Below, one piece after another: positions 30,438 through 40,063 of a stretch of 64,000 nucleotides of DNA (positions within the stretch are counted from its first letter, which is position 1; every line of letters starts with the position of its first letter). The DNA is taken from positions 128,001 through 192,000 of the forward strand of contig JBGUGD010000039.1 of assembly GCA_041697335.1 (NCBI GenBank), in the 5' to 3' direction. Both the position numbers and the translations under genes were made by a program. Below the pieces are notes generated by a model. That model was not told the DNA's origin. It saw nothing but the letters and a program-made list of their open reading frames with translations, and searched no databases. The DNA comes from Vampirovibrionaceae bacterium NZW_1234. Lineage in GTDB: Bacteria; Cyanobacteriota; Vampirovibrionia; Vampirovibrionales; JAGQHJ01.

Positions 30438-31052
30438 TTATGCAATACCTCCTCGTTCTAAATCCGTAATAACCAGCGTCTTGGACGCCTCATCCAAGTG
30501 GAAGGCAAATTGCCGGGGCGGACGAGGTGCAGGACCACTGACCACCTTACCGGACATGGATTTTCCATCCACGTTTTGATCCTGCAAGGGGTCATAAACG
30601 CTTAAGTGGCAAGGACAGCCAAAAACAGGCAACCCTTGCGGGGGCTTATAGTTAAAACTGGCGGCCGACTCTGCCGGATCCGGCAGGTAGCGGAAGATAC
30701 ACCCCATGTGCGGGCAGATGCGGCTGTAGGCCACAAACTGATAATCATCGGGGCTCTTGCCGGGAATCCGAAGGACGTAACCGGGAATTTTACTGATTTG
30801 GGCCCCTTGCCGGGTGTACTCCGGCGCTTTTTGCTCGTAGACGAATTCCTGAACCACCCAGGGTTCAGGGAATGCCGACAGAGGGAAGGTAATGGGCTTC
30901 ACACTGGAGGGCATATCGGGCTTGGAAACCATCCCATGGGGGAAGGGTCCGGCCGTGGGCTTCAGGTACCGGAACAAGGGTGACACAAACAGCAGGAGCG
31001 CTCCAAAAAGCGGGACGCTCAGCGCAAATTTCAAAAATAAACGTCGATTCAT
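30438..31052 (-). CDS. Rieske [2Fe-2S] protein of the bc complex
   Basis: Tat signal NRRLFLK; CPHMGC and CPCHLSVY; GPAPRP. Confidence 0.93.
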   Translation of the reverse strand: MNRRLFLKFALSVPLFGALLLFVSPLFRYLKPTAGPFPHGMVSKPDMPSSVKPITFPLSAFPEPWVVQEFVYEQKAPEYTRQGAQISKIPGYVLRIPGKSPDDYQFVAYSRICPHMGCIFRYLPDPAESAASFNYKPPQGLPVFGCPCHLSVYDPLQDQNVDGKSMSGKVVSGPAPRPPRQFAFHLDEASKTLVITDLERGGIA

Positions 31053-31915
31053 CGGATACGATTCTCCCCGGATTCAGGCATCAGGGCACTGACTTCACGC
31101 ACAGGCTTTTTGGGCAAGGCGGAGGTCTTGGGTGCCTCTTTGGCTGGCGCAGCCTCTAAGTCATAGTCATAGGCAAACCCGCGGATGTATTTCACCAGGT
31201 CCGTAATGGTGGCCCGATCAAACACCACGTTCTTGTCCCGATCCGCTCGGCCTTTCCAGCTTGGCATGGCCGACGGATAGAGGCCTTCTTCAATAAACTT
31301 GATCAATTCGTTATTGGTCCGGTTGTACATCCGGGCATAGCTGTGGAAGTTGGCCGGCGGCGGGTTAAATTGGTTTTTCACCGGCGCCATGCCCAACTCG
31401 TGAGCCGACCCGTGGCCCGAATGCAGCGGACCGTCGGCAAAGCCTTTGGCCCCGTGGCAAACGGCACAGTTTCCACCAAACACGGCCGCAATGTCCTTGT
31501 TGGCAATCTGGGATTCACCGGCCAGGTGACGGGCATAGAAAACCGCTTCCCAACGCTGGTCTCGGGTCAATTGACGAAAAGCCGGGTGCTTGCCCCCATC
31601 GCCCTTGGTCAGAAACAGGTAGGTATCAATGGGGCGAGAGGCCATCATTTTTTCCGTGGCCATAGCCTTACCGGCGTGGCAGGAAGCACAGTTTTGCTCA
31701 AACACCACTTTGCCGCGGCTTAAGCGAGGCGGGCGCTCGGGGAAGGCAAAATCTTCCTCAACCAGCTTCTTGTTCAGCTCCGGAACAGCCACCAGAGTCT
31801 TGGCATTTTTAATCTGCTTTTCTTGCGTCGCACACCCGGCCAAGGTTCCCACCATCAGGACCCCGGCCAGAAGGGAGGCAAAAAGCGTTTGAAACGTCAG
31901 TGTCGTTTTGTACAT
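31049..31915 (-). CDS. Di-heme cytochrome c lipoprotein
   Basis: Lipobox LAGC; CASCH and CAVCH; SAMPSW. Confidence 0.88.
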   Translation of the reverse strand: MYKTTLTFQTLFASLLAGVLMVGTLAGCATQEKQIKNAKTLVAVPELNKKLVEEDFAFPERPPRLSRGKVVFEQNCASCHAGKAMATEKMMASRPIDTYLFLTKGDGGKHPAFRQLTRDQRWEAVFYARHLAGESQIANKDIAAVFGGNCAVCHGAKGFADGPLHSGHGSAHELGMAPVKNQFNPPPANFHSYARMYNRTNNELIKFIEEGLYPSAMPSWKGRADRDKNVVFDRATITDLVKYIRGFAYDYDLEAAPAKEAPKTSALPKKPVREVSALMPESGENRIR

Positions 31916-31926
31916 GGGTCTATCAC

Positions 31927-32097
31927 CTAGTAACCAAAAAACTTAATCCACGAAATGGAGGCCCAGCTAATGATGATGGCAAAAAAGACCCACAAAAACC
32001 AAGGCACCCGATGCTTTCCGATTTCAAACTCAACGTAATCATCGGTGGAAACATCCTGGGTATGACCTTGGGTCGGGTTGGCGTGTTCTTCACTCAT
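31927..32097 (-). CDS. 56-aa single-TM microprotein resembling the CcoP/FixP N-terminal helix (not in ORF track)
   Basis: Hand translation MSEEHANPTQGHTQDVSTDDYVEFEIGKHRVPWFLWVFFAIIISWASISWIKFFGY*; GAGGT RBS. Confidence 0.65.
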   Translation of the reverse strand: MSEEHANPTQGHTQDVSTDDYVEFEIGKHRVPWFLWVFFAIIISWASISWIKFFGY

Positions 32098-32127
32098 GGT
32101 CTCGTTACCTCAAGCCTCTTTCGCTTC

Positions 32128-32298
32128 TTAATCATCTAACATGCGGTATTTCGTATCTTCCAGCGCTTCCAGCCGCCCACTGCGTGAGGCAATAAACATG
32201 GCCCCCACAGCACCGACGAAGAAGAGGGCACAGATCAGCAGGGCAATGATGTAGCCGGGAGACAATGCTGACAGTGCCGGAAAACAGTTGGGACACAT
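32128..32298 (-). CDS. CcoS-like cbb3 maturation microprotein with N-terminal CxxC (not in ORF track)
   Basis: Hand translation MCPNCFPALSALSPGYIIALLICALFFVGAVGAMFIASRSGRLEALEDTKYRMLDD*. The C-terminus resembles CcoS RSGQ...R.L.DD. ATG directly follows the ccoO stop. Confidence 0.7.
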   Translation of the reverse strand: MCPNCFPALSALSPGYIIALLICALFFVGAVGAMFIASRSGRLEALEDTKYRMLDD

Positions 32299-33252
32299 TT
32301 ATCGATTCCCCAAGTTACGGCTGGAACCATAGGTATTACCCTCGTCTGTGCCCAGCTTATCCACAGAGCGGTAGTTCTGATCCAGGGCAAAGGGGTTGTC
32401 CACCTGCTCGATGCTTTGGATTTCCTCTCCGGCAGCCTGGGCATCCTGCGGCAGGGTTTTCAGGAAGGCCACCAGATACAGCATCTGCTCGCGACCCAAG
32501 GAGAGACCCCAGCGAGGCATCCGGGTTCCGGGAACCCCTTCCTTGACCCGGTAGTACCACATGGCATCGGTAAAGTTGTTGTAGAAGGGCCGGGTAAAGT
32601 TGGCCGGTTTCTTTTCCATGGTCAAACTCATCGGACCGTTGCCCTTGCCTTGAATGCCGTGGCAGACAGAGCAGTTTTGCATGTAAATGCCTCGACCGGC
32701 GTTGGCGGCCGCAGGCGAATTCACGTTGACGTGGGTTTTCACATGATCGTATTCGTCCCGCATTTCCTGAGGCGGCATCACCCAATGCTCCACCTTCCGG
32801 TTGGCCCCGAGGGTCTGGAGGTAAGCCACCAGCTGATCCATTTCCTCATCGGTCAGATAGGAGTAGCTGGGCATAATCGAACCCGGTTTCACCTTACGCG
32901 GGTACATATGGTGGGTGCGGTGCCATTGACTGGGGTACTTGCCCCCGATGTTGGACAGATCCGGACCGGTCCGCTCGGTTCCCAAGACGTGGGGGGTTTC
33001 AAACATGTAATCGCCGGCAGCCACCATCTCGCCGCCGCCACGGTCTTGGTAGCGGTTAAACTGGGTATGGCAGTAGAAACAGCCTTCCCGACGATAGATG
33101 TTCCGACCGGCCAATTCTTTGGGCGTGTACTGATGCGCCGCAGCGGTCGGAGTCGGACGAAAGGTACTGGCCGGCAGAACCGTGGTAACAAAGATAATGA
33201 CTAAGAAGATGAGAACCACAAAGCTTCCAGCAACCAGATAATTTATTCTCAT
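32299..33252 (-). CDS. ccoO: cbb3 oxidase subunit II fused to an extra cytochrome c domain
   Basis: GRNIYRREGCFYCHTQ, GTERTGPDLSNIG, PGSIMPSY; second heme motif CSVCH with MP ligand. Confidence 0.9.
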   Translation of the reverse strand: MRINYLVAGSFVVLIFLVIIFVTTVLPASTFRPTPTAAAHQYTPKELAGRNIYRREGCFYCHTQFNRYQDRGGGEMVAAGDYMFETPHVLGTERTGPDLSNIGGKYPSQWHRTHHMYPRKVKPGSIMPSYSYLTDEEMDQLVAYLQTLGANRKVEHWVMPPQEMRDEYDHVKTHVNVNSPAAANAGRGIYMQNCSVCHGIQGKGNGPMSLTMEKKPANFTRPFYNNFTDAMWYYRVKEGVPGTRMPRWGLSLGREQMLYLVAFLKTLPQDAQAAGEEIQSIEQVDNPFALDQNYRSVDKLGTDEGNTYGSSRNLGNR

Positions 33253-33309
33253 AACCGAAGGTCCTTTTTCTATCCTATTCTTCTGCCGATTCTACTGCTC
33301 GGGCCGATA

Positions 33310-34740
33310 CTAAACGTAGACAATGCCCGTGGGGGAATGCGGGAGCGCCTCGCATTGCTCACGGCTGAAGACGGTTTTGTACACATTAAACATAAAGAGA
33401 ATTTGACCCAGAACAATCATCACGCCCGACAGGGAGCGGATCCACCAGTAGGGTACCAGCTCGATAACCCACTGATCCAGGGGAATCCCGTGGTGCCAGC
33501 CTGCCGACTGAACCAGACCGGCAATGGTCAAATCGATCATCATCAAAATCCAGCCATACAGGGACAACCAGAAGTGCCACACAGCCAGGCGCTTGCTGTA
33601 CATCTTGCGCCCCGTAATCCGGGGGATGATGTAATAGGTGGCGGCAAAGACAAAGAAGGAGAAGGTTGCCAGCAAGGCCATGTGGGCGTGGGCCACAACC
33701 CAGTTGGTAAAGTGAAGATACCAGTTAACCCATCGGGTCGCCTGAAAGGGCCCTTGAATACAGGTTAAGAGATACGCAATCCCGCCGGCCATGGCAAAGC
33801 GAAGCGGAATGTGTTCAGCCGCCGTATGCCATTTGCCTTTCAAGGTCATAAAGAAGTTGGTCAATACCGTCAATACCGGCACCAACAAAAAGACACTGGA
33901 GATAACGGCCACCGATTTCAGCCACTCGGGAACCGGGGACTGCAAAATGTGGTGCGTCCCGGTGGGGGCATAGAACATCCCGATGGTCCAGAACCCGATC
34001 ATGGATAAGGTGTGGCTATAAAGCGGGTTGCCGGTAAACTTGGGAATCAGGTAGTACATAATCCCAACCCCACCGACGGTAAACCACATCCCTAAGATAT
34101 TGTGTCCGTAGAACCAACCGGTAATGGCATCGTTCAAACCTTCCAGCTGAACAAAGGCCCGGTTGCCGATAATGTAAACGATGGGAAACCAGAAGAGCGC
34201 CCCAAGGAAGTACCAGATGGAGACGTACCATTTTTTCTCCGTCCCGGTCATCACGGTCATCCAGCAATTGACGCCCAACATCAACAAGGCCAGCAAAACG
34301 GCCCAATCCAAAACCTGAATGGCGGCGCCACCAATATAGATGGTCCCAGCCAGTTCCGCATATTCACGGGCTTCCGTGTCCCCGTTCAAAATGCCCCAGA
34401 TCCCCCAGAACATCACCAGGTTCCAGGCAAACATGGTCACGTTACCCAGACGCTCGCTCCACAAGCCACGACGTCCCGAAAGGACGGGAATAATGTAGAA
34501 CATACAAGCGGCATAACCCATCGAGAGCCAGCCGACCAAGACAGCGTTGGTGTGAACCGGGCGCAAACGACCAAAGGACAGCTGGGCGACACCGGCCAGG
34601 GCATCCGGCACATCAAACTGCATGGAAGCCAACAAACCGATAGACGTCCCAAACACCAGCCAAAAGATGGCCGTGATCATGAAATTCCGACTCGCACTGT
34701 ACGGTTCTCGACTAAAAATGGCAGATAAAACGCGTTCCAT
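33310..34740 (-). CDS. ccoN: C-family (cbb3) heme-copper oxidase subunit I
   Basis: FGRLRPVHTN, EAREYAE, WFYGHN, YAPTGTHH and WVVAHAH: all six His plus the helix VII Tyr. Confidence 0.94.
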   Translation of the reverse strand: MERVLSAIFSREPYSASRNFMITAIFWLVFGTSIGLLASMQFDVPDALAGVAQLSFGRLRPVHTNAVLVGWLSMGYAACMFYIIPVLSGRRGLWSERLGNVTMFAWNLVMFWGIWGILNGDTEAREYAELAGTIYIGGAAIQVLDWAVLLALLMLGVNCWMTVMTGTEKKWYVSIWYFLGALFWFPIVYIIGNRAFVQLEGLNDAITGWFYGHNILGMWFTVGGVGIMYYLIPKFTGNPLYSHTLSMIGFWTIGMFYAPTGTHHILQSPVPEWLKSVAVISSVFLLVPVLTVLTNFFMTLKGKWHTAAEHIPLRFAMAGGIAYLLTCIQGPFQATRWVNWYLHFTNWVVAHAHMALLATFSFFVFAATYYIIPRITGRKMYSKRLAVWHFWLSLYGWILMMIDLTIAGLVQSAGWHHGIPLDQWVIELVPYWWIRSLSGVMIVLGQILFMFNVYKTVFSREQCEALPHSPTGIVYV

Positions 34741-34925
34741 AAACTATAGGGACTCCTCTACTGTGGGGGCTTTACCCAGCATCCTTCGGGCATACTTTGA
34801 GCCACGATATAGCATAGTATCCCAAGAGCTGTGTTTGCAGAATATGATATTTCGCAAATGGCCCCGATCGCCTTGACGCCAAGCCTCCTCGCTCTGGGGT
34901 CAGAATCGGGTATAATACCTGTGTT

Positions 34926-35909
34926 ATGACACACACCGACTCAGCGTTAATTTCCATTCACGATCTGACCGTCGCCTTTCCCACGGAGGACGGGCCCGCT
35001 TATGCAGTCAACGAGCTGAATATCAGCGTGGCCTCCCAAAGCGTGCTCGGTCTGGTGGGCGAATCCGGGTGCGGCAAAAGTATGACCAGCCTGGCCATCC
35101 TGGGCCTCATCCCCAAGCCCGGCTACATTGCCCATGGCCACATCCACTTTAACGGCCGGGACCTGACCACGCTCTCCCAGGAACAACTTCGCCACATCCG
35201 GGGCAAGGAAATCGCGTTAATCCCCCAGGACCCGCTCACCTCCTTGAATCCGGTCTACACCATTGGCGACCAGCTCTCGGAAGTGCTGATGCTCCATCAG
35301 GGCCTGTCAAAAAAAGACGCCCTGGCCCGTGCCGTGGAGCTCTTAGACCAGGTTCGCCTGCCGAACGCCAAAAATCGCCTGAACGATTACCCCCACCAGT
35401 TCTCCGGCGGCATGCGCCAGCGCGTCATGATTGCCATGGCCTTGTCCTGCCACCCCAAGCTGCTGATTGCCGATGAGCCGACCACGGCCCTGGATGTGAC
35501 GGTCCAGGCCCAGATCCTGGCCCTGATGAAAGAAATACAACAGGACATGAAGACGGCCATTATCCTGATTACCCATGACCTGGGGGTGGTGGCCGAAATG
35601 TGCGATGATGTCGCCGTCATGTACGCAGGCCGGGTGGTGGAACATGCCCCGGTCAAGGCCTTGTTTGCCTCGCCCTGGCACCCCTACACCCAAGGGCTCT
35701 TGAACTCCTTGCCCAAAGCCGACCGAAGCCGCCTGGAACCCATCGAGGGCCAGCCTCCGGCCTTAACCAAAATCCCGGTCGGATGCAGCTTTGAACCTCG
35801 CTGCCCCAAGCGCATGGACGTCTGCACCACGGCTTTTCCCCCCATTACGGCCAAAAGCAGCGATCATGACGTCCGCTGCTATGCCGTCATGAACACTCCC
35901 AGCGCCTAG
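34926..35909 (+). CDS. oppD: Oligopeptide/dipeptide ABC transporter ATPase (orphan here)
   Basis: [33 protein letters not shown] and C-terminal Cys motif. Confidence 0.9.
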   Translation: MTHTDSALISIHDLTVAFPTEDGPAYAVNELNISVASQSVLGLVGESGCGKSMTSLAILGLIPKPGYIAHGHIHFNGRDLTTLSQEQLRHIRGKEIALIPQDPLTSLNPVYTIGDQLSEVLMLHQGLSKKDALARAVELLDQVRLPNAKNRLNDYPHQFSGGMRQRVMIAMALSCHPKLLIADEPTTALDVTVQAQILALMKEIQQDMKTAIILITHDLGVVAEMCDDVAVMYAGRVVEHAPVKALFASPWHPYTQGLLNSLPKADRSRLEPIEGQPPALTKIPVGCSFEPRCPKRMDVCTTAFPPITAKSSDHDVRCYAVMNTPSA

Positions 35910-36098
35910 ATTTTGACAACGGTCTTGCCCTTTCCCGAAAGGTCGTCCTGAGACGGGTTCGGGCTGAACGTCACATCACGAGGTATTGAAACGGTTTTGT
36001 TACATTTGGCCTGCCCCAAGCATGCCGGAGGCTTCAGCCCCGTTCTCTCCCTTAGATAACAATTCCCCCCACGTACAGCGCTATAAAGGAAATCCTCC

Positions 36099-36575
36099 AT
36101 GACTCCGTTTGATCTTCGCTTTGGCCGTTCCCACGTCGTTCGCCTCCATGATTACCAGCCCAAAAACCCGACCCCGAATTCGGTTGCCGAAGACGAGGCC
36201 CGCCAGGAGATCCTTCAGGGCTTAGGGCTCAAAGGCCTGGGCCACGGCCAGGTGGATGGCCAGGATGTCTTTGTCGGCATCATTCCCCAGCATGGCAACT
36301 GTTACCCGGAACTGATCATCAATACCGGCCGGGGCAACGATACCCCCGTGGATCGCAAAATTATCGAGGTCATCCAACAGGCTCTGGCCACCATGCTGAA
36401 AAAACAGGACATGCCTGAAGGCAACCTGAAGTACCTTTACGACCCGAAACAGGACTGTGGCGGCTTTTTTGAACAAGAAGGCACCCAAACCAAAGCCATG
36501 GTCGGCCTGGGGATGTATCACTTCGGCCCCACCCATGAGGATGGCCGCCGAACCTCAGGGGCTCTCGTTCTCTAG
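36099..36575 (+). CDS. Hypothetical protein with N-terminal LRFG motif
   Basis: 158-aa ORF, AAGGA RBS, genome-like codon use. Confidence 0.65.
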   Translation: MTPFDLRFGRSHVVRLHDYQPKNPTPNSVAEDEARQEILQGLGLKGLGHGQVDGQDVFVGIIPQHGNCYPELIINTGRGNDTPVDRKIIEVIQQALATMLKKQDMPEGNLKYLYDPKQDCGGFFEQEGTQTKAMVGLGMYHFGPTHEDGRRTSGALVL

Positions 36576-36593
36576 CAACCTCAATTCAAGACT

Positions 36594-37892
36594 TTAGGAC
36601 GCCTTGGCCAACAGCTGTTTCTTGAGATAGGCCACCGCCGCATCCTTTTGCGGGTCCCGGTTGTTCATCAGGTCGGCCGTGGTGATCGGCACCTCAATGT
36701 CCGGGTGAATGCCCTTCTTGTCAATGTCCTGGCCGGAAGGGGTATAGTACTTGGAGACCGTCAGGTTCAATTCAGAGCCATCTTGCAGGTAATTGATCTT
36801 CTGAACCAGCCCCTTGCCAAAGGTCTTGGCCCCAAGAAGCGTAGCCCGGCCGTTGTCTTTCAAGGCGCCGCCCAGAATTTCACTGGCGCTGGCACTGCCT
36901 TCATCAATGAGCAGGACCACGGGCTTGAGATAAATCGGAGAACGCTTGGCTTGAAAAGGCCGCCGCTTGCCATCGCGATCCACAATCGACACGATTTCGC
37001 CCTGAGCCAGCAGCATGCTGGAAATTTCCAGGGCATTGGGCAAAAGCCCCCCGTTATTACCCCGTACATCAATGATCATGGCCTTCGTATCGCGCTGTTC
37101 CATCAGTTTCTGGCGCATTTCCTGGGCCGTGTCCTGGCTGATAAAGCTTGCCAGACGAATATAGCCGATGTCCTTGGAAACCGGCTCGCCAAACACGGTT
37201 TTCAACACAATTTCTTCCCGGACCAGCTTGAACTGAAGCACCTGGGCCTTGCGCTGAACCTGCAAGGTCACGCTCGTTCCCTTGGGGCCCCGAATGCGCT
37301 CGACCGCATCATCAATGGACATATTGGCCGTGGGCTCGCCGTTGATCTTGATGATCTTGTCCAGGGGCATCATCCCGGCCTTTTTGGCCGGCGAGCCTTC
37401 CAGGGGGGCAACCACGATAATCTGGTTGTCCTTGGGGGCGATCTGAATCCCCACGCCCGACAGGCGCGAGTCAATCTGCATGTTCTGATCCTGGGCCCGT
37501 TTGGGGTTTAAAAACCGGCTGTAGTTGTCGTTCAAACTGGCCAACATGGTGCTGATGGCCGCATAGGCATCATCCCGGGTCTGGATGTGTTCGTTATAGC
37601 GATCTTTCCATTTATACCAATTCTGGCCATTAAACGACGCATCGACGTATTCTTCAAACACCGTCTGCCAGGCTTCGTGGTAGAGGGCCAAGGCCTGCTG
37701 GCGCTCGGACATCTCCACCCCCGAGGTCCCGGGCACTCCCGGCACCAGCCCGTGGCGGGCGAAATCGCACCCGGTCAGCGATGCCAAGGATCCCAAGACC
37801 AGCGTCAGCAATACCAGGACAACGACACCTTGCTTGGAGCGGGCATCGGCCCAGGCAACAGTGGCATGAAGCAAACGAATCAGCGGGCCCAT
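36594..37892 (-). CDS. ctpA: S41 carboxy-terminal processing protease (lipoprotein)
   Basis: LTGC lipobox, PDZ domain (SGVGIQI), DVRGNNGG, SASASEIL, TFGKGLVQ. Confidence 0.92.
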   Translation of the reverse strand: MGPLIRLLHATVAWADARSKQGVVVLVLLTLVLGSLASLTGCDFARHGLVPGVPGTSGVEMSERQQALALYHEAWQTVFEEYVDASFNGQNWYKWKDRYNEHIQTRDDAYAAISTMLASLNDNYSRFLNPKRAQDQNMQIDSRLSGVGIQIAPKDNQIIVVAPLEGSPAKKAGMMPLDKIIKINGEPTANMSIDDAVERIRGPKGTSVTLQVQRKAQVLQFKLVREEIVLKTVFGEPVSKDIGYIRLASFISQDTAQEMRQKLMEQRDTKAMIIDVRGNNGGLLPNALEISSMLLAQGEIVSIVDRDGKRRPFQAKRSPIYLKPVVLLIDEGSASASEILGGALKDNGRATLLGAKTFGKGLVQKINYLQDGSELNLTVSKYYTPSGQDIDKKGIHPDIEVPITTADLMNNRDPQKDAAVAYLKKQLLAKAS

Positions 37893-37932
37893 GGGATCAC
37901 AACATCACAGAAGAACAAGCACACGAAGGCGA

Positions 37933-38460
37933 CTAGTAGCCGCTGTTGTACTCGGTCCGGTCCATTTGCGGCATATTGGGCGACGCGTTGGACAGAATAA
38001 AGAGGTCGATGATTTCCGACAGTTCGTTGGCTTTGCTCTGGTGGAAGCGAATTTCGGATTCCAGCTTACGAATGACGGTTTTGTACTCTTCAATCTTTTT
38101 AATGTTGGAGCGCACCGCGTCCAGGAGCTGGCTTTGAGCGGCCTGAGCATCGGACAGGACGTTTTCCATGGAGATGCCCATGGCTTCCATGGTCAGGCGG
38201 ATGATCTGGGCGCCGGTTTGTTTGGTGACGCCTTCAGGCAAATCCTGCACCAACTGGACCAGGGTTTTCACATTGCCGCTGTATTCGGCGTAATCGAAAT
38301 CTTCGTTCATTTCCGGGTGACTGGTGTACTGACCGCTGGTCATCGAGCTCATTTTTAAATACTCCGTTTCCACTGCATAAGAAGGTTGAGACGCAGAATC
38401 TTGATTGCCCACCGTTTCCGGGGGTTTAGTTAAATCCTTGTAATCGGTTAAATCGACCAT
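37933..38460 (-). CDS. Hypothetical coiled-coil protein
   Basis: GGAGGAG RBS before ATG 38460; helical, heptad-like C-terminal half. Confidence 0.75.
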   Translation of the reverse strand: MVDLTDYKDLTKPPETVGNQDSASQPSYAVETEYLKMSSMTSGQYTSHPEMNEDFDYAEYSGNVKTLVQLVQDLPEGVTKQTGAQIIRLTMEAMGISMENVLSDAQAAQSQLLDAVRSNIKKIEEYKTVIRKLESEIRFHQSKANELSEIIDLFILSNASPNMPQMDRTEYNSGY

Positions 38461-38797
38461 AGCTCCTCCATTACCTTTGGGACGTGCGCCCCGCACATCG
38501 GGATGATTACAGATATGATACGACAAATGATCCAATTCGGACACACACGGCCCGAAAGGGGGCTTGTGCCGAGGACTCACTGGACATGGACCGCTGAGGA
38601 GAATCACCCCCCGTGAGCGCGAAAGCAAACGATCCTACTTGATTTTACCGTGTTCGGTCCGTCTTGAAAAGGGGCCCCATGGCCCAAATCAAGCCCACCT
38701 ACCGGGCTAGGCCATGAGGGGACTCATCCAGGGCATTGCCCGGATGGGGCGTTTTTAACCCCACTTTCGGGCCCAACCTCCGCCTTGGATAAGAAGC

Positions 38798-38806
38798 TGG
38801 TATAAT
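38798..38806 (+). promoter_or_regulatory. Extended -10 promoter (TGgTATAAT) for nagA
   Basis: Perfect TGn-TATAAT ending 6 nt before the ATG at 38813. Confidence 0.6.
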
Positions 38807-38812
38807 CGGGGT

Positions 38813-40039
38813 ATGATTCCTCACTACGACACACCATGGCTGATGATTACCGGGGGCGATATCGTCCTTCCCGGCGGCGGTGTGTTGGCCCGAGGCACCC
38901 TGCTCATCAACCAGGGCAAGATTCAAGAGGTTACCGATGCCACCCCGGCCTCGCTGGTGCTGGGGCAAAACGAGGTGACCATTATTGATGCCACCGATTG
39001 CTGGGTGACCCCGGGGTTGATTGACCAGCATCTGCACGGGGCCTTTGGTGTAGACTTCAACCAATCCGGTCTGGATGACATCCATGAACTCTTGACGGTG
39101 CTTCCGCACAAGGGCATTACCACCTTGCTGCCCACGCTGATTACGGCGCCCAAGCTGGATCTGCTGGTGAGCCTGGCCAAGCTGGAGGAAGTGATCCAGA
39201 ACCAGGTGCCGCATCAGGCCCGGATTTTCGGGATTCACCTGGAAGGCCCGTTTTTGAACCCCGAATATCGAGGGGCCCATCCGGCGGAAGATTTACTGAG
39301 GCTCACGGAGAACAACTTGGAAGGGTTGATTTCGCCCAGCCTCAAACGCCTGACCCTGGCACCGGAGCTGGATCCGACCGGAGAGTTTATTCGGGCCTTT
39401 CGGCAGGACAATATTCTGTGTTCCATAGGCCATTCCGGTGCCGATTACGTGACGGCCATGACGGCGTGCAAGGCCGGGGCCACCTGTGCAACCCATCTGT
39501 TTAACGCCATGGGTCGCCTGGATCACCGCAATCCCGGGATTCTGGTGGCGTCTCTGGTGAATGACGAGATGTATGTCGAACTCATTGCCGATGGCCATCA
39601 CCTCTCCCCGCCGGTGGTGGAGATGACCCTCAAGACCAAGCCCTTTGAAAAAACCATTCTCATCAGCGACTGCAACGCCTTAACCGGCATGCCTTCAGGC
39701 TCCTCGTTTCGATTCGGCAAGCAAAGCATTACTATGAAAGCGCATGGGGCCGTGAACGAGGAAGGTCGCCTGGCGGGCAGCACGGCGTTTATCACCGACT
39801 GTGTCAGAAACATAGCACAGTGGGGGCTGTTGTCCTTCCCGGACGCCGTGCAGCTGGCCACCTATCATCCGGCCCAGCATCTGGGGGCAACGCCCAAGCT
39901 CGGGCAGATTGTGCCGGGGGCCACGGCCGATCTGATCTTGTGGCACAAAGACGATCTCAGTATCAGTACCGTCTTTTTGGCCGGGCAGGAGTTGCCGGAG
40001 CTTTCCCCGACGGGCAAGCTCAAGATGGCTATGGCTTAA
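38813..40039 (+). CDS. nagA: N-acetylglucosamine-6-phosphate deacetylase
   Basis: PGLIDQHLHG, GIHLEGPF, GAH, LAPE, ATHLFNAM and IADGHH motifs. Confidence 0.95.
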   Translation: MIPHYDTPWLMITGGDIVLPGGGVLARGTLLINQGKIQEVTDATPASLVLGQNEVTIIDATDCWVTPGLIDQHLHGAFGVDFNQSGLDDIHELLTVLPHKGITTLLPTLITAPKLDLLVSLAKLEEVIQNQVPHQARIFGIHLEGPFLNPEYRGAHPAEDLLRLTENNLEGLISPSLKRLTLAPELDPTGEFIRAFRQDNILCSIGHSGADYVTAMTACKAGATCATHLFNAMGRLDHRNPGILVASLVNDEMYVELIADGHHLSPPVVEMTLKTKPFEKTILISDCNALTGMPSGSSFRFGKQSITMKAHGAVNEEGRLAGSTAFITDCVRNIAQWGLLSFPDAVQLATYHPAQHLGATPKLGQIVPGATADLILWHKDDLSISTVFLAGQELPELSPTGKLKMAMA

Positions 40040-40063
40040 GGCAAACCTCAAGCGTTATCAAGA

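Noticed and set aside
33310..34740. Nitric oxide reductase instead of an oxidase
   Set aside because: It has WFYGHN and the helix VII Tyr of C-family oxidases and lacks the NOR HLWVEG glutamate motif.
38460..38800. Possible riboswitch between the 37933 gene and nagA
   Set aside because: No glmS, c-di-GMP or preQ1 consensus recognised; divergent promoters explain the gap.
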